From NCBI GenBank assembly GCA_000165345.1, contig CM000432.1, forward strand, positions 992,001 to 1,056,000: 64,000 nucleotides of DNA. The letters are read 5' to 3'. The notes under the pieces were generated by a model. The model was not told the origin of the DNA. It worked only from the letters and a program-made list of their open reading frames with translations, and did no database searches. This document shows positions 25,001-34,815 of the stretch, piece after piece (the first letter of the stretch is position 1; each line of letters opens with the position of its first letter). The translations under genes were made by a program, and so were the position numbers.

Positions 25001-26393
25001 TCATTCCTTCAGGATCTCTATCAGCTGCAAGACTTTTAACCCATTCAGCATAATGTTTTGTTTCATGTTCTTTTGGTTTATTTTCTCTAAGAAGAGTAGA
25101 TATATCTGGTAAAAAAAGATCTCTATGATCACTAAGTGTTTTACTTGCAACAAAAATCAAAGGTTCAAGAGCTACAATACATCTTGAAGAAGAAGTTGAA
25201 GATATACCAACAATAGATGTCAAATTTCTTGGAATTCTATGAAGGCTAAAAGCTGAAGAATATTTTAAATCATCATATTGATAAGTAATATCTGAAAGGC
25301 TATATCTTAAATAATATGAATTAGCAAGTTGGCCAAAAATATCCTTATTTTTAGATGCTAATGCATAATTCATAAATACTAAATCAAAGCCATTTTTTTC
25401 GATTGGGAAATAAATTTGATTATGATCCATATTATTAGAATATTTATATGGATTATGATATAAGAAATATGTATTTTTAGAAGCTGAAGATTTGAAGACA
25501 TCTATTTTAGATGTAGAATTATCAACTCCAATCCAACCATGAGTATTATTAATAATTGGAGGATATCCCCAGGCAAATAATAATCCCATCATTGTATAAC
25601 AAAAACCACAATTAAATTTGGTTGCTCCTTTTAATGCATATCTTAAAGCAATATCAATATTTCTTGGCCATCCATAAGGGAATTCTAATTTACCATTTTT
25701 ATTAGGTATACCATAAAACCATAGATATGTTAATACTCCATAAGAATCTGCAATATTAGAATTAGAGCTAGAAGTATCAATAATTCGGGTTAAGTTTTTA
25801 TGAATTTCAAAAAAGTTTAATGTTTTATCAGTAGCAGGCTCAAACATTTCAAAGAGTCGATCATAGACAGTTTTTGCATAGAAATCATCGATTTTGAAAG
25901 TAGAGTTCATTAATTTTCTTTTAATTATCTCAATTTCTTCTTCAATAGTTGTTTGATTAATTTTTCGATTATTTTTATTATCAAAATCGTGTTCATGTGT
26001 ACTATTATTTTTATTAACGTTACTACTATTATTATATATATTTGTATCGTTACTGGTATTTGTATTGATAACATTACTAGAATTTGTATGAGATTGAGTG
26101 GAATAATATTCTTCATCGCTTTCATCATCAAAATCATTTAGATTATTTGATTTAATAGAATTTTCAAAATTTTCATTATTTTCTGTGGATTTATTAATTT
26201 CAGATGGGGATTCATTAATATAAGTAACAGTTTCATTCAAAATTTGGTTTGTCTCCTCAAAAGAATTGGCTAAAGTTGAGTTAAATTCCAATATATATAT
26301 AATAAATATTAATAAAGTTAAGAAAGATATAAATTTTTTATTTGGTTTTGCTTTAGTTATTTTTACATTCTTGAAGTTCTTCCAAAATTCCAT
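22056..26393 (-). CDS. Large Sel1-repeat type-I membrane protein (signal peptide, Sel1-like repeats, C-terminal TM); SEL1L/Hrd3-like architecture
   Basis: There is an N-terminal hydrophobic signal (FISFLTLLIFIIYILEF). Multiple Sel1-like repeats are present (MTSLGELYYYGHEAGGIARDVNRAAQLWEESARRGDPQGALARAFL...; GDGNAQLILAHAYAGG). A C-terminal TM follows (YFILRIVIIIGTISVLIPLNIAI). Acidic runs are internal. Confidence 0.65.
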   Translation of the reverse strand: MEFWKNFKNVKITKAKPNKKFISFLTLLIFIIYILEFNSTLANSFEETNQILNETVTYINESPSEINKSTENNENFENSIKSNNLNDFDDESDEEYYSTQSHTNSSNVINTNTSNDTNIYNNSSNVNKNNSTHEHDFDNKNNRKINQTTIEEEIEIIKRKLMNSTFKIDDFYAKTVYDRLFEMFEPATDKTLNFFEIHKNLTRIIDTSSSNSNIADSYGVLTYLWFYGIPNKNGKLEFPYGWPRNIDIALRYALKGATKFNCGFCYTMMGLLFAWGYPPIINNTHGWIGVDNSTSKIDVFKSSASKNTYFLYHNPYKYSNNMDHNQIYFPIEKNGFDLVFMNYALASKNKDIFGQLANSYYLRYSLSDITYQYDDLKYSSAFSLHRIPRNLTSIVGISSTSSSRCIVALEPLIFVASKTLSDHRDLFLPDISTLLRENKPKEHETKHYAEWVKSLAADRDPEGMTSLGELYYYGHEAGGIARDVNRAAQLWEESARRGDPQGALARAFLNLDGTMGTERDSGPYLRQVVRNGEPPAAALANYYIYKLGLDVDKNSTIAGEYLKLAADLGDGNAQLILAHAYAGGKMGVIPPGGQNDTLALKYYKLSAEGGRTVAYFNSAVLTLKGSDTKYKTEESRCIASIDYLTHVVKKNNHVKFLSLLSKRSYENGDIVGSLLREMTLSELGFIEGHINSQDLWKEKSILYYNNEIKKMIFENKNDNGIVDKNKMVSKKELYSNVIKEESFLNILYNIVMNDKLRSICKVELLDESNEKYSTLYPSEFDMRMSGISSSTLCLVKASRKEVFFNVPINFDNTIIHLNSSYFKYYDIFDSQNATLRGRLDLNYSENMSEKEKNRVSEFLSCWMRPRSYYDRFEKMTRRLRIKEFKNERELEDEDDDDDGDEEESNIFDRLLELWQKPKSGSHQRYPKPWYKVLKKIYDGFNYVYRSFILKLVIKLNNYFLSFIDGNDLEDIKEEGKSIFPRMNLGLDLDLDLEIDEERVPEIIRLKRNSSLWCSHYYSRRSSSNGDISSTQNLVQQFLEGSFGVNKDPVSAFKFIMQGVNSRDPKSILDYTIALNKGIGVKMDKPKSYRLLWHLITRGPFNIEDILPKIPPEPKFVPSILDTIRDTLAPLIKNNTNSTKGGIKLNSNGTSIVKSNNNGSNNSNLREFKESEGIKSSDFGEDIRNEDNYVQEQEQEQEQDQDQDQDQDQDQSNSAWETKYRKGKRARMNDTINLNFKTQQDLATRISSLNILTILTLEWIYFNIFLRYYYSSIDLINKIWSSLLNLYQKNTNDNKDLIEKSRNEKFESNINKLINGDNGENNKNSDTCDNNICKIDKKIRSEIYCSQLTEKFCEYSEILEALKEYNKKSKKKLEEDLVLMMEDDDPFPLSSKFRYISDEEYGKASNIWKASISIRLYYFILRIVIIIGTISVLIPLNIAITDRLNH
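22767..22826. repeat. Coding hexanucleotide repeat (CTTGAT/CTTGTT)n = (ATCAAG)n on the coding strand, encoding (EQ)4(DQ)6
   Basis: cttgatcttgatcttgatcttgatcttgatcttgttcttgctcttgttcttgttcttg lies within the Sel1-repeat CDS. Confidence 0.85.
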
Positions 26394-27166
26394 GATCTTA
26401 ACGAATATTCACTTTTAGAATTCCAATTTAAGTGTTATATATATATACATATATATATATATAAATTGTATATTGGATTTAATAGTAATAATGGTAATAT
26501 TGATCCAATACAAATATGAATAATGACCAGGAAATAATTCAAAATATTCAGAATATAAAATAATAATATTTTGATGTTTATTATAATATATTTAACCTTT
26601 AATGATCACTTCTTTGAACTATCTTACCTTAGTAATATATTTGTATTGGTACTTATGTATTGAAAATTAATTATTTGTCAACATAAGAATAAATTTGGAA
26701 ATTTCCTGGTTTATAATATAATATAAAGTAGTAAAACAACCTTTATTTCTTTTCTTTTTTGTTTTTATAGAAAAAAAATAAATAAGTTTATTAATTTACT
26801 ACTTAATTAATTTTATTTTTTTATTTATTTGTTTATTAATATTATTATTTGATAATTAATTTTTATTATTTTAAATTATTTTCTTTAAAATTTTTCTAAA
26901 CGTAATTAACCCCCTATTTCTTAGATACCAGTAAAAAATATCAACAAAAAAAAAAAGTAAAAAATTCTAATTTTTTTCTTTTTAATCTGTTTGATGATCT
27001 AAATCCACCTTATTTTCAATTTTATATGCCAAAATCATATATTCTAATTATCTGAAGAAATACTGTTTATTATTTCTGTTTTCTATTTCATTACATTTAA
27101 TATATATATTTTCCTCTTCTTCCTATTCCCCTCTATTATTAATTAAATTCACATTTAATACACACG

Positions 27167-27176
27167 TTGGCGCCAA
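27167..27176. promoter_or_regulatory. Perfect palindromic E2F-like box TTGGCGCCAA in the divergent promoter between the Sel1-repeat gene and ITPase
   Basis: acacacgttggcgccaaaataat. Confidence 0.5.
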
Positions 27177-27863
27177 AATAATAATAATTTTTGGCTCCAA
27201 GAATTATTAATTAAAAGCAAATTAGATTAAGTTTACACTAAATAAGTCACATTTCACTCTCTAATATCTGTACTTCAAAGTATTATCTTTTCATTCTTTA
27301 TTCTAGTAGATTATAAATAATAAAAAGAAGAATTCAAGGATAAGTTAAAAAAGAATAAATAAACAATGTTTTAAAAAAATATAAGAATATGTATAGTATG
27401 ATTTTATACTTGTTTGTCATTAATTTAATCTTTCATAAACTCATTAATATAATGCTATTAGCTTATTCATTATTTTTATAAATATCCTGATAATTGTTTA
27501 ATTAAAATAACTTTAACATGCTATAGGTTTAGGCGGCAACTGCCACGTAATATGTAAAATAATAAATTTGACGATAAGATGATCTTGATAATATCAGATA
27601 GTATTGTTGAAATTGATCATTAAAAGGAGGATTTAAGAAAGTAATTAAAGGATTTATTGTCAGTATTTCGGCTCTTTTTTTTCTTATTCCCCAAAATTGA
27701 ATTACAGTTTTAGAAGATAATTTCGTTATAGTGAGAATATAAATTTTTATAATTAATAAAAAAAAGTTTAGCATCAAATTTGGAATTATTTATTGCTATT
27801 ACTTTAAAATAATCATAATAAAAGAGGAAAAAATTAATATTGAGATAATTAGACAGAATAAGA

Positions 27864-28900
27864 ATGGAAGAATCTAAAGTAAGCTTTTTTTCTCTCTCTT
27901 TTCAATGCATTAAAAAAAAATATTATTATTTTCTTTGTTAAATTTAGGTATATCTAGTATCAGGTAAGTGGGGAAAGGGAAAAGGGAAAAGATAATAATA
28001 TCAAATATGAAAATTGAAACAAACTTTATAATTATTTATATATAGGAAATAAAAAAAAGGCTGAAGAATTTTTGAAAATTTTAGATGGAAAGTTAGATAT
28101 TGAATTGGTTGATATTGATTGTAAGTATTGTAAAATATATACATTTTAATAATCTAATAATTAAATATTGTTTATATAATAATTTTATTGATGAACTATA
28201 TATAAAGTACCTGAATTTCAAGGATCTCCTGAAGAAATTACCCTTCATAAATGTAAATCAGCTTATGAGAAAATTAAAAAGCCAGTTTTTGTTGAAGATA
28301 CTTCACTTTGTTTCAATGCATATAATGGACTTCCTGGACCATACGTGTAAGTTATTCAAAATATATTTATCCATTTTTTTTTTTTTTAACTTTAATCATT
28401 GATTATTAATCCAATAGGAAATGGTTTCTCAAATCTGTTGGAGCTCAAGGATTATACAATATGCTTGAAGCATATCAAGATAAATCTGCATATGCTATGA
28501 CTTTAATAGGATATTATGATGAAACAAAAATGTCTGATCCAATAATTTTTAAAGGAAAGATTGATGGTGAAATTGTTAAACCAAGAGGTGAAAAAGGTTT
28601 CAGTTGGGATCCTATTTTCAAACCTAATGGTCATTCTTTGTAAGTTTAAAAGTTTCCTATTATTAATATTATAAACTTGTAACTAATAATAATTTATTTA
28701 TAACTAGAGCATTCTCTGAAATGGATATGGATGTTAAGAACCAAATTTCTCATCGATATTTGTGTTTATTAAAAGTTTTAGTAAGTTTTTTCATCATATT
28801 ATATACTTTATATATTATTACATTCCATTTTTACTACATCTATATTTATCTTTTTCTTCTTCATAATATTAATTAGGAGTATTTTGAAAACCTAAAATAA
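27864..28900 (+). CDS. ITPA: Inosine triphosphate pyrophosphatase (ITPase/HAM1), 7 exons and 6 short GT-AG introns
   Basis: Exons are 27864-27878, 27948-27963, 28046-28120, 28208-28346, 28418-28639, 28708-28780 and 28877-28900, totalling 564 nt or 187 aa. Every intron starts GTAAG and ends AG. The spliced product is [117 protein letters not shown]...[61 protein letters not shown]. It aligns end to end with human ITPA (KKIVFVTGNAKKLEEV...DLPEYQGEPDEISIQKC...[25 protein letters not shown]...DKSAYALCTFAL...GRIVAPRG...FGWDPCFQPDGY...SHRFRALLELQEYF). Confidence 0.8.
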
Positions 28901-29173
28901 ATTAATAATTTATCTAAACTCATTAATATTCTATTTGTTACGTGTAAAATATTCATATTAATCATAAATATTTCTATTTCACTATTAGGTCAATTTACAT
29001 TTCACATTAATTTTTTTAAATCAATCAATTATATCATATCTATATTAGATTAAACTTGATCATATTCTATAAATTCAAAATTGAAAACAATATTAATTAA
29101 CTCAATATTAATTATCTTCAATCCTATTATTTTATAATTTAGGTACTATTAATAATTACTCACACAAATGTGG

Positions 29174-29185
29174 TTTGGCGCCAAA
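29174..29185. promoter_or_regulatory. Perfect 12-bp palindromic E2F-like box TTTGGCGCCAAA, about 330 bp upstream of the carboxypeptidase-like gene
   Basis: cacacaaatgtggtttggcgccaaaccgaaaa. Confidence 0.5.
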
Positions 29186-29510
29186 CCGAAAAATAAATTA
29201 GTTACATGAATAAAAAAAAAAATTAGTAAATAAGAGATAAGTATTATTCAATTAAATTGAATGATTTAAGAGATATTCTAATTTGAATCTTCTTAATAGA
29301 AGATTTTTGTATATTTGCAACCATCTTCATTATTAAGGAAATATACACAAATAATTTTACCATTATATTTATCAATTTAAAACTATTGATACTGCAACTA
29401 TCAAATTTAATCAAATTTTCTAAATAAAAATATTCTTTATGAATTTATGTTGTTATATATACAATATATACATAAATATATGCATTTAACATATAAATAT
29501 ATTATTTAAA

Positions 29511-31505
29511 ATGACAATAAAAGTATATTTACATTTGCTAATACTAGCATTATTTATATATAATGGTCTTGTATATGGATTTGAAATGGGAAACATTGGG
29601 TCATATATAAGATCCCTAATAGGATTTAATAAAAAAAATGATTCATTCAATGAACAATCAATGTTCAAGTATAAAAGTTATATACAACATTTAAATCTAC
29701 TACAAGAATTAGAAACTAAATGTTCAAATATTATGAAAATCTACAAATATAACAGTGAAAAAGGACTATATTGNTGGTGAATCAAAATGTCAGTATTTAC
29801 ATATTAAGCTTGGAATATCAAATATTAATTATGATGTACCAAATATATTATTCATCTCTGGAATACATGGAGATGAAAAATTAGGTGTAGAAATTGCTAC
29901 TGAATTTATAAGCTCTATTTGTGATCAATATATTAATCATAATAATATTGGAATCAAGTATCTTTTAAGTACTAGAAATATATGGATTATTCCTATTGCT
30001 AATCCTTGGGGTTTTTATCATAATAAAAGAACTGAAGAAGAAATTGATGTTAATAGAGATTTTCCTTCAAAAAGTGGANAAAATTGTCTTAAAAGTGAAA
30101 GTTCTAAAATGATCTATAATTTGTTTAATCTTAAATCATTTGTATTTGTTGCAGCTTTACATGGTGGATTAAAAAGTATTTCTTATGGAAATGGCTATTT
30201 TGATGATATTGATGAAAATAACAAAANCTTTGAATNTATCGCTAAAGATTTACAAGCTTCAGCTGGTAAAATATTAAATAATAATGATATTCATAAATTA
30301 AATTACTTTTATGATCAAATTGGTAATATTGCAAAAACTGTATATCCAATAAAAGGAGGATTTGAAGATTGGTCTTTATATGGTTATAATGTAAGTCATA
30401 TATTATGTAGTGACTATATTCAAAAATCTCATTCTGCAAATAAAGGTGGATCTTTAACTTTTCTTATAGAAACTGATCATCAAAAAACTCCTAATCAAGA
30501 TACTTTAGGATCTAAATCTGATCTATTTAGCCTTATTGATCTTGATAAACTTTCTATACAACCATCTCATATTACCAGAAATATTAGAATGTTACTTAAA
30601 CTTACTGAATATACTTATCCAGATATTATTTTTTTTAATAAACCACCAAGTACCGTTTATTTTGGTCAAACTTTTATATTATATATAGCTATTATTGGCT
30701 GCTATTCTTTCAGTAATTTAAGGATTAAACTTGAAAATAATAACAATAATAATANTAATAATAATAATNATATTAATCATTATTNTAATACTANCTTAAA
30801 TTCTGAACAACAACCTATTTATCTTAATTTTTATGTTAATGAAGGATTAGATGGTCTACAAAATACTATTTATTATAAAAGATGTTCTTCTTTATTTCTA
30901 AATAATCAAGAAATCCAAGATATCCTTGATAATGANTCTTTNTATACATNTNAAGATAAATGTAATGAATCTAACTTACTTACAANAATTGTTAACCGAA
31001 GTTTTAGAGTTAAAAATAAATGTAAATCTATATATCAATTTAATAAATTTNAGCCTATANAAATTTTGNTAAGGTACCGAATGAGACAACAATTCTTAAT
31101 ACTATGAATGGTGAAATTGAAAATTTTCTATTAAANATTGAATTAGAATTTGATACTGAACTTACTCANACTATTTCATATTCTAATAAAAATATATTTG
31201 NAAAATTTACAANACTTAGATNTTCTCAAAATGGAAATAAAATTGATAGACCTATTATTATTCCGATTCAAAAAGATAATATATTATCAAAAAATATACA
31301 GAATTCTGAAATTCAAACACAATTCTATTCAAATTCATATGATCCATCAAAATCATTATTATTCTCTGGATTTCAAATTAAAGTTATTAAGCCTCAAGAA
31401 ATATTACAAATAGAATTCTCTACTTGTTCTGAATCTTCTATACAAAATATTGGTAAATGGTCTAAATCATGTCAAACTTTTCTTGACTTTACTAAAAAAA
31501 CTTAA
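29511..31505 (+). CDS. Secreted/membrane M14-family zinc carboxypeptidase-like protein. The frame is fragmented by N bases (29764, 30079, 30227, 30236, 30745-30794, 30936-31069, 31136-31222).
   Basis: The signal peptide is MTIKVYLHLLILALFIYNGLVYG. M14 landmarks are FISGIHGDEKLGVEIATEF (the H-x-x-E zinc ligands), NPWGFYHN, NRDFPSK and AALHGGLKSISYGNGY (the third His ligand). A hydrophobic segment is YFGQTFILYIAIIGCYSF. The ORF-track pieces 29511-29780, 29755-31107 and 31104-31505 are the same gene in shifted frames. Confidence 0.55.
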
Positions 31506-31588
31506 ATATACAAAATTATATAAATAATGGCTCTAATCCACTTTCTAATATTTTTCAATATCTTGAATCAAATAGAATTCCTAATTCT

Positions 31589-33110
31589 ATGAATTATCAA
31601 GTATTTCAAGATAATATTAAATATATTCAAAAAAATGTAAATCATGAATTAGAAGGTAACTTATATATTATACCAAGTGAACCAAGAACTTCTTCAATCA
31701 TTACAAAAAGTAACATGAATCATAATAATAATAATAATAATATTGAAATAATTAAACCAATTCCTTCACTATTAGAAAATGAAACTACAATTTCTACAAC
31801 TTTACCATTCTTTAATAATATTACTTTAGAACTTACTATTACTGTTAGTAATGAACCTAAAAATAATGGTGAATATGTAATATTAAAATTTGCAGAATTC
31901 TTAAATCTTTTAAATTATAATATATCTAAATATCATAATATAGAGAAAATATTGGATAATAATAATAAAGATTTAAATTATGTTGGAATAATTTCCATTA
32001 ATGATTTTTATAAAGATGATAATGAAGAATTTTCAATTTCAAAAAATTAAAGCAATTTCTAGACAGAGAATATATGAAATGATAACAGAAATACAAAATA
32101 GAGAAGATTTATATCNATTTAATGAAGATAGAAAAATAGAATTACTTGGTAAATATTATATAATTTTAAGATACCTTAAGAATAACTTAATTTCAATATC
32201 ATTAGGAAAAGTTCATATTGATAATTATATTAAAAATTCTCTTGGAATGAATATCAAAGAATTTCAAACATCTAAAAATAGTAATATCAATTTAATGGAA
32301 GATTTTAATAGTAATATAAATAATAACAATAATAATAATAATAATAATAATAATATTCAAGAAAAAAAATAATATTTATCAAGAACCATTAATAATTGCT
32401 TTAAAAGAACAACTAAAATCTTGGTGGTATAATAATTCAAAAGATTATATAGATTTTAGATTAGTTTTGGTATTTTGTGGATTACTTATGATAATATTTG
32501 CAATAATATTATTATTAATAAAGATAATGAGATATTATAATTGGGTACCTTTAAAATCTTTAAAATTAGAATTAAAGAAAAGATTCCGAACTAATTCAAA
32601 AATATTCATAATAGATATTTCAAGTGATGAAGATTCTGATATAAGTCAAGATAAGGAAAAGAAAAGAAAAAGAAGAGTTAAATCAAGAAAGATATATGAT
32701 TCACAAGAAATTAGTTATACTCCTAGAAGTGAATATTTATCAAATAAAAGTTATACTCTTTCTCAAAGATTTAATACAAATAATTCAGAAACAAGNAAAA
32801 AGTTAGAGATTCACCTTCAAATAGTCCAAGTTCAAAAGAATTTAAATTATCCAATTTAAATATGAGTTTAAGCCATTCATCATTATCATCTTTTGATAAC
32901 TTTAAATCCAGAACCAATACAATAAAAGAACTTGAAATAATTGAAATGGAGAGAAATTTAGATATTGGAATTACAAATCCAAATTCGAATAACAATAATA
33001 ATGATAATGATAATAATAATAATAATACAAAAAATACTTATACTGAATTATCTACATTTGTTTCAAAAAATAATAAATTTCAAGATCAAGATAATACCCA
33101 TGATCATTAA
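31589..33110 (+). other. Fragmented N/K-rich ORF series (31589-32050, 32001-32372, about 32380-32859, 32862-33110), probably one gene disrupted by N bases; contains a TM helix (VLVFCGLLMIIFAIILLLIKIM) followed by a basic K/R stretch
   Basis: Open frames abut or overlap, and the shifts coincide with N at 32116 and 32796. Low-complexity poly-Asn runs are present. No homology is recognised. Confidence 0.3.
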
Positions 33111-33231
33111 TTCTTGGGTATTTTTTTCATCCCAAATAATAATTATTTTAGATAAACAAGAATTAAAACATTCTAAGATTTAAAAGAGAAAAAAAAAATA
33201 TGATAAGAAAGAAAAAACAATAAATTTCCTT

Positions 33232-34329
33232 CTATAAACCCTTTATTCTACTTGTATAATAATCCAAAAGCTCACTAACTATCATTGATGTTGTAATTTC
33301 AATTTTATTTTGATTAAAATTATGGTTACCTTTATGGTTATTTTTATCGGTATCGTTATTGTTATCGGTATCGTTATTGTTATTGATATCGTAATCAATA
33401 TCTTTTTTATTAATATTAGAATTTGAATCATTTTCTGAATAAATGTTAATTATTTGTTTAACAACAAGTTGAGTTAGTTTGTGATCATTATTAGAAACAA
33501 TTGAATTATCAACTTTAGATTTGTTATTATGATTTTGATTGTAAGCATCATTTTTTAAAAGATTACATTGTAAAATTCCCCAAAGAGCTCTTAAATTGGA
33601 CTTTTGAATATTTAAAGCCAAACAAAAGTATTGTCTAGATCTAGAATAATTTCCAAGAGCTAAATGTAAGTCAGCTATAATATTAATAGTATCAATATTT
33701 TGAGGTTCATGAAGTAGAATTTCTTCCATACAAAAGAGAGCAGATTCATATTCAAGCGTATGAGTAAGAAGATAATAAGCTTTCATTTTCCAAGCATTAA
33801 TATCCATGATACATTCTCTCAGATGTTCATCTATTAATGATACATTATTTTCAAAAAGCACTGAAATGACTCTTCTTCTAATTTCAAGATCTTCAGGATC
33901 AAATTTTAAAAGTTGTTTATATACATCTAAAGCTTTTTCAATTTCTCCTCTGCTTTCTAAAAGCATACCAACAAGTTTTTTATATCTAAATGTACTGCCA
34001 TGTTTTTTATTCAGTTCATCCATACAGTATTTTTGCCATTTTGAAATCTTATTTTTATGTCCATCATTTTCATATTTAACTCCGAAATGAAATGTTGCTA
34101 ATGCAATACTTTCCATTACATCCCATTTTCTTTCTCCTAATTTTCTGTTATAATCTAAAATGAGTGTTGTCCCTAATAATATTACAAGTTCAACATAATT
34201 TAGTGCTTTAAATTTTTCAAATTGGTTATAAAGCTCCTTATAAGACAGGTTTTTAATTTCTTTTAAATCCATTATCTTATCTTGATCCAAGTTAGTATTC
34301 CTGCTTTGTTCACTAACAGCTCCTCCCAT
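33232..34329 (-). CDS. EMC2: ER membrane protein complex subunit 2 (EMC2/TTC35) TPR protein
   Basis: LVGMLLESRGEIEKALDVYKQLLKFDPEDLEIRRRV...AWKMKAYYLLTHTLEYESALFCMEEILLHEPQNID...RSRQYFCLALNIQKSNLRALWGI aligns with human EMC2 [36 protein letters not shown]...[34 protein letters not shown]...[22 protein letters not shown]. The track start 34350 is TTG; the first ATG is at 34329 (MGGAVSEQ...). Confidence 0.8.
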   Translation of the reverse strand: MGGAVSEQSRNTNLDQDKIMDLKEIKNLSYKELYNQFEKFKALNYVELVILLGTTLILDYNRKLGERKWDVMESIALATFHFGVKYENDGHKNKISKWQKYCMDELNKKHGSTFRYKKLVGMLLESRGEIEKALDVYKQLLKFDPEDLEIRRRVISVLFENNVSLIDEHLRECIMDINAWKMKAYYLLTHTLEYESALFCMEEILLHEPQNIDTINIIADLHLALGNYSRSRQYFCLALNIQKSNLRALWGILQCNLLKNDAYNQNHNNKSKVDNSIVSNNDHKLTQLVVKQIINIYSENDSNSNINKKDIDYDINNNNDTDNNNDTDKNNHKGNHNFNQNKIEITTSMIVSELLDYYTSRIKGL

Positions 34330-34558
34330 TGTGAACAAAAAAACAGTCAAATATCCTGGTTAAAAAGAAAAAAAAAAATTAATTAAAAAAGAGGAACTTG
34401 ATAATTTAATTGAATAAATTGAATTATTGTCTTAAAATATAATTTTTCTTTTTTAATTTAAGAAAAAAAAGTTATTCTTTCCAAATTAATCCTTTTTTTC
34501 CCCTTTGCCACCCCTCTTTATTTCCCTGCCAAAATAGTAACCAAGTGCCCCTTACGTG

Positions 34559-34570
34559 TTGGCGCCAAAA
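34559..34570. promoter_or_regulatory. E2F-like box TTGGCGCCAAAA in the divergent promoter between EMC2 and the 784-aa secreted-protein gene
   Basis: cttacgtgttggcgccaaaatgcag. Confidence 0.5.
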
Positions 34571-34815
34571 TGCAGCTAAATATTATGAATAGTCGAAAAA
34601 GACTATTATTAATAGAAGAAAAAAAAATTAAAATTAAAAATAAATTAGCTGTGATAATAGCAAATAAACTTTTAATAAAAAAAGAAAAGGAGGATTAAAT
34701 TAACTTTATTTCCTCAGGGATACAAGAATTGAGAAGTTTATGGATATAGACCAAATATATTAATCACTCCATATCGAGATTTTTTATAATTTAATTAATA
34801 TTATTACACGTAATA

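Noticed and set aside
27521-27545. ggcggcaactgccacg, an apparent palindrome upstream of ITPase
   Set aside because: It is not a true reverse-complement palindrome (aact versus agtt), and it is a single occurrence.
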